This document shows, in pieces, positions 62,316 through 64,000 of a DNA stretch of 64,000 nt (its first letter is position 1; the number at the start of each line of letters is the position of its first letter). A program made the position numbers and the translations under genes. This DNA comes from Thermoplasmata archaeon. GTDB lineage: Archaea; Thermoplasmatota; Thermoplasmata; RBG-16-68-12; JAJISG01. The DNA lies in NCBI GenBank assembly GCA_046759185.1, contig JBHIBO010000006.1, forward strand, positions 992 to 64,991, written 5' to 3'. The notes under the pieces are model-generated. The model was given only the letters and a program-made list of their open reading frames with translations, had not been told where the DNA came from and did not search any database.

Positions 62316-62389
62316 AGCGCGAAAGGGGAGAGTGGGCTGGCTAGTTAGAGTGCATCCCATCCCTTCTGACAAGGCTGGCCCTCTCCCTG
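62316..62389 (+). other. Stem-loop (7-bp GGGAGAG/CTCTCCC closing stem, 48-nt loop) followed by a T-rich tract; a candidate small RNA or 5'-leader element upstream of srp54
   Basis: A TATA-like GTTAAATA at about 62288 precedes it. The oligo-T stretch TGTTTTCTTTAC (62378-89) is terminator-like. There is no ORF. Confidence 0.2.
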
Positions 62390-62498
62390 TTTTCTTTACA
62401 GAACCTGGCTCCCAGGCCTCGCACCGACTCAGTACGCCCCCCGAGTCCCTCCGCGTCACCTTCAAATAGCTCCCCCCTCGATGGTGCGGGGAGCACCC

Positions 62499-63842
62499 AT
62501 GGAAGGTCTCGGGCAAGCCCTGAAGAACGTCCTGCGCAAGGTGGCGCGGGCTTCCCACGTCAGCGAGAAGCTCGTCAAGGAGGTGGTCCGCGATCTGCAA
62601 CGAGCCCTCCTGCAGGCGGACGTGCCCGTGGAGATGGCCCTGGCGCTGAGCCGGACGGTAGAGGAACGTGCCTTAGCCGAGAAACCCCCCGCGGGCATGA
62701 GCGGTCGGGAACACGTCATCCGGATCATCTACGAGGAGCTGGTGGCCATCCTCGGCCAGCCCCGGGAGTTGAAGTTGGGACCCCAGCGGATCCTCTTGGT
62801 CGGCCTCTACGGCCAGGGGAAGACCACTTCGGCAGCCAAGCTGGGCAAGTGGTTCCAGCGGAAAGGGCTTCGCGTGGGGCTTATCCAGGCCGACACCCAC
62901 CGCCCGGCGGCCTACGATCAGCTGAAACAACTCGCCGAAGAGCTGGCGGCCCCCTTCTACGGCGAGCGCAAGGAGAAGGACGCCCTGAAGGTGGCCCGGG
63001 CTGGGCTGAAGCGCCTCGCCGACCAGGACGTCGTCATCGTGGATTCCAGCGGTCGCCACGCCCTCGAGGACGAGCTCATCCAGGAGATCAAGGGCCTGGC
63101 CAAGGTCGTGAAGCCCAACGAGAAGGTCCTCATCCTCGACGCCACCACGGGCCAGCAGGCCGGACCTCAGGCCAAGGCCTTCCATGAGGCCGTGGGCGTC
63201 ACCGCCGTGGTTATCACCAAGCTGGACGGGACGGCCAAGGGCGGGGGAGCCCTGGGGGCCGTGGCCGAGACGGGCGCCTCCATCTCCTTCATCGGTGTGG
63301 GTGAGAAGATCGAAGACCTGGAGAAGTTCGAGCCGCCGCGCTATATCTCCCGCCTCCTCGGAATGGGGGACCTGGAGACCCTCCTAGAGCGGGCCCAGGA
63401 GGCCTTGGATCAGGAGGCCATGGAGGAGACGGCCAAGAAGCTCCTCTCGGGCCGCTTCACGCTGAAGGAGATGTACGAGCAGATGGAGGCCCTGACCAAG
63501 ATGGGTCCCCTCTCCAAGATCTTCAGCATGCTGCCCGGGGTCCCGGCGGCCCTGACCGAGGAGCAGCTGGAGGAGACCCAGGACCGCCTCACCCGCTTCC
63601 GCTTCATCATGGACTCCATGACGGAGGAGGAGCAGGAGAACCCGAAGCTGCTGAAGTCCTCCCGCATTCTTCGAATCGCGCGGGGGAGCGGCACGGACCC
63701 GAAGGAGGTGAAGGAGCTGGTGCGCTACTACAACACCTCCCGCAAGGCCATGCGTGGTCTGGCCGGCAACCGGAAGATGCGTAGGCAGCTGATGAAGCAG
63801 CTCCAGGCCGGGGGCTTCGACCTCGGCGGCCTCGGCGGGTAG
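62499..63842 (+). CDS. srp54: Signal recognition particle protein SRP54
   Basis: The start is the internal Met [16 protein letters not shown] domain: [36 protein letters not shown]. The C-terminal M domain is Met-rich (FSMLPG, MMKQLQ). Confidence 0.9.
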   Translation: MEGLGQALKNVLRKVARASHVSEKLVKEVVRDLQRALLQADVPVEMALALSRTVEERALAEKPPAGMSGREHVIRIIYEELVAILGQPRELKLGPQRILLVGLYGQGKTTSAAKLGKWFQRKGLRVGLIQADTHRPAAYDQLKQLAEELAAPFYGERKEKDALKVARAGLKRLADQDVVIVDSSGRHALEDELIQEIKGLAKVVKPNEKVLILDATTGQQAGPQAKAFHEAVGVTAVVITKLDGTAKGGGALGAVAETGASISFIGVGEKIEDLEKFEPPRYISRLLGMGDLETLLERAQEALDQEAMEETAKKLLSGRFTLKEMYEQMEALTKMGPLSKIFSMLPGVPAALTEEQLEETQDRLTRFRFIMDSMTEEEQENPKLLKSSRILRIARGSGTDPKEVKELVRYYNTSRKAMRGLAGNRKMRRQLMKQLQAGGFDLGGLGG

Positions 63843-63890
63843 CGGGCAAACCCTTTAACGCACCTGCCGGTTGCGGACCACCGGAAGCGG

Positions 63891-64000
63891 ATGTTGGGGG
63901 AAGAGCGAGAGGAGGGGACTCCGCTCCGAAGGCGCGTCCTCAACTTCCTCTCTCGGCGGCCTGTCATCGCGGGCTGGTATGGCGGCGTCCTCACCTACTT
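63891..64000 (+). CDS. Partial ORF running off the window end (hypothetical)
   Basis: ATG at 63891 (MLGEEREEGTPLRRRVLNFLSRRPVIAGWYGGVLTY...). No stop before position 64000. Confidence 0.2.
   Translation, partial: MLGEEREEGTPLRRRVLNFLSRRPVIAGWYGGVLTY

Noticed and set aside
1-64000. CRISPR arrays, rRNA genes, SRP RNA and RNase P RNA
   Set aside because: No short direct repeats with regular spacers were found, and no rRNA-like conserved stretches. srp54 and ftsY are present but I could not recognise a 7S RNA or RNase P RNA signature by eye. A covariance-model scan would be needed before asserting absence.

Overview
This is a high-GC (about 65%) archaeal chromosomal window. The archaeal assignment rests on an Lsm–ribosomal protein L37e pair, small ribosomal proteins L41e and LX (L18Ae), prefoldin alpha, the primase subunit PriS, a class I CCA-adding enzyme, archaeal-type SAM synthetase, AT-rich TATA-like boxes 22–30 bp upstream of genes, and intron-containing tRNAs. 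The content is mostly housekeeping genes: PurF, Prs, GlyA, MAT, RNase Z, the SRP proteins SRP54 and FtsY, SMC-ScpA-ScpB, the Y-family polymerase DinB, ThyX, and the F420 biosynthesis pair CofC/CofE. Mixed in are transport and cell-surface genes and a few small accessory patches. Four tRNA genes are present: tRNA-Leu(TAA) with two introns, tRNA-Ala(GGC), tRNA-Arg(TCT), and tRNA-Trp(CCA) with a 93-nt intron carrying a dual-guide box C/D sRNA. The most unusual items are as follows. (1) A 1445-aa all-helical tandem-repeat protein sits immediately downstream of smc-scpA-scpB. (2) A surface beta-propeller / DUF4430 / ECF-S-component-like gene trio lies about 11 kb from an EcfA-EcfA'-EcfT energizing module. 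(3) An rpl41e–tRNA-Trp dicistron has a 4-nt junction. (4) A surface protein carries triplicated FN3 domains and triplicated His-rich domains. (5) A tRNA-Ala-adjacent patch contains an IS630-type transposase fragment and an ankyrin-repeat protein. (6) A methyltransferase pseudogene is disrupted twice. No CRISPR array, rRNA gene or intact mobile element was seen. Many long antisense 'shadow' ORFs in the track are GC artefacts and were rejected.
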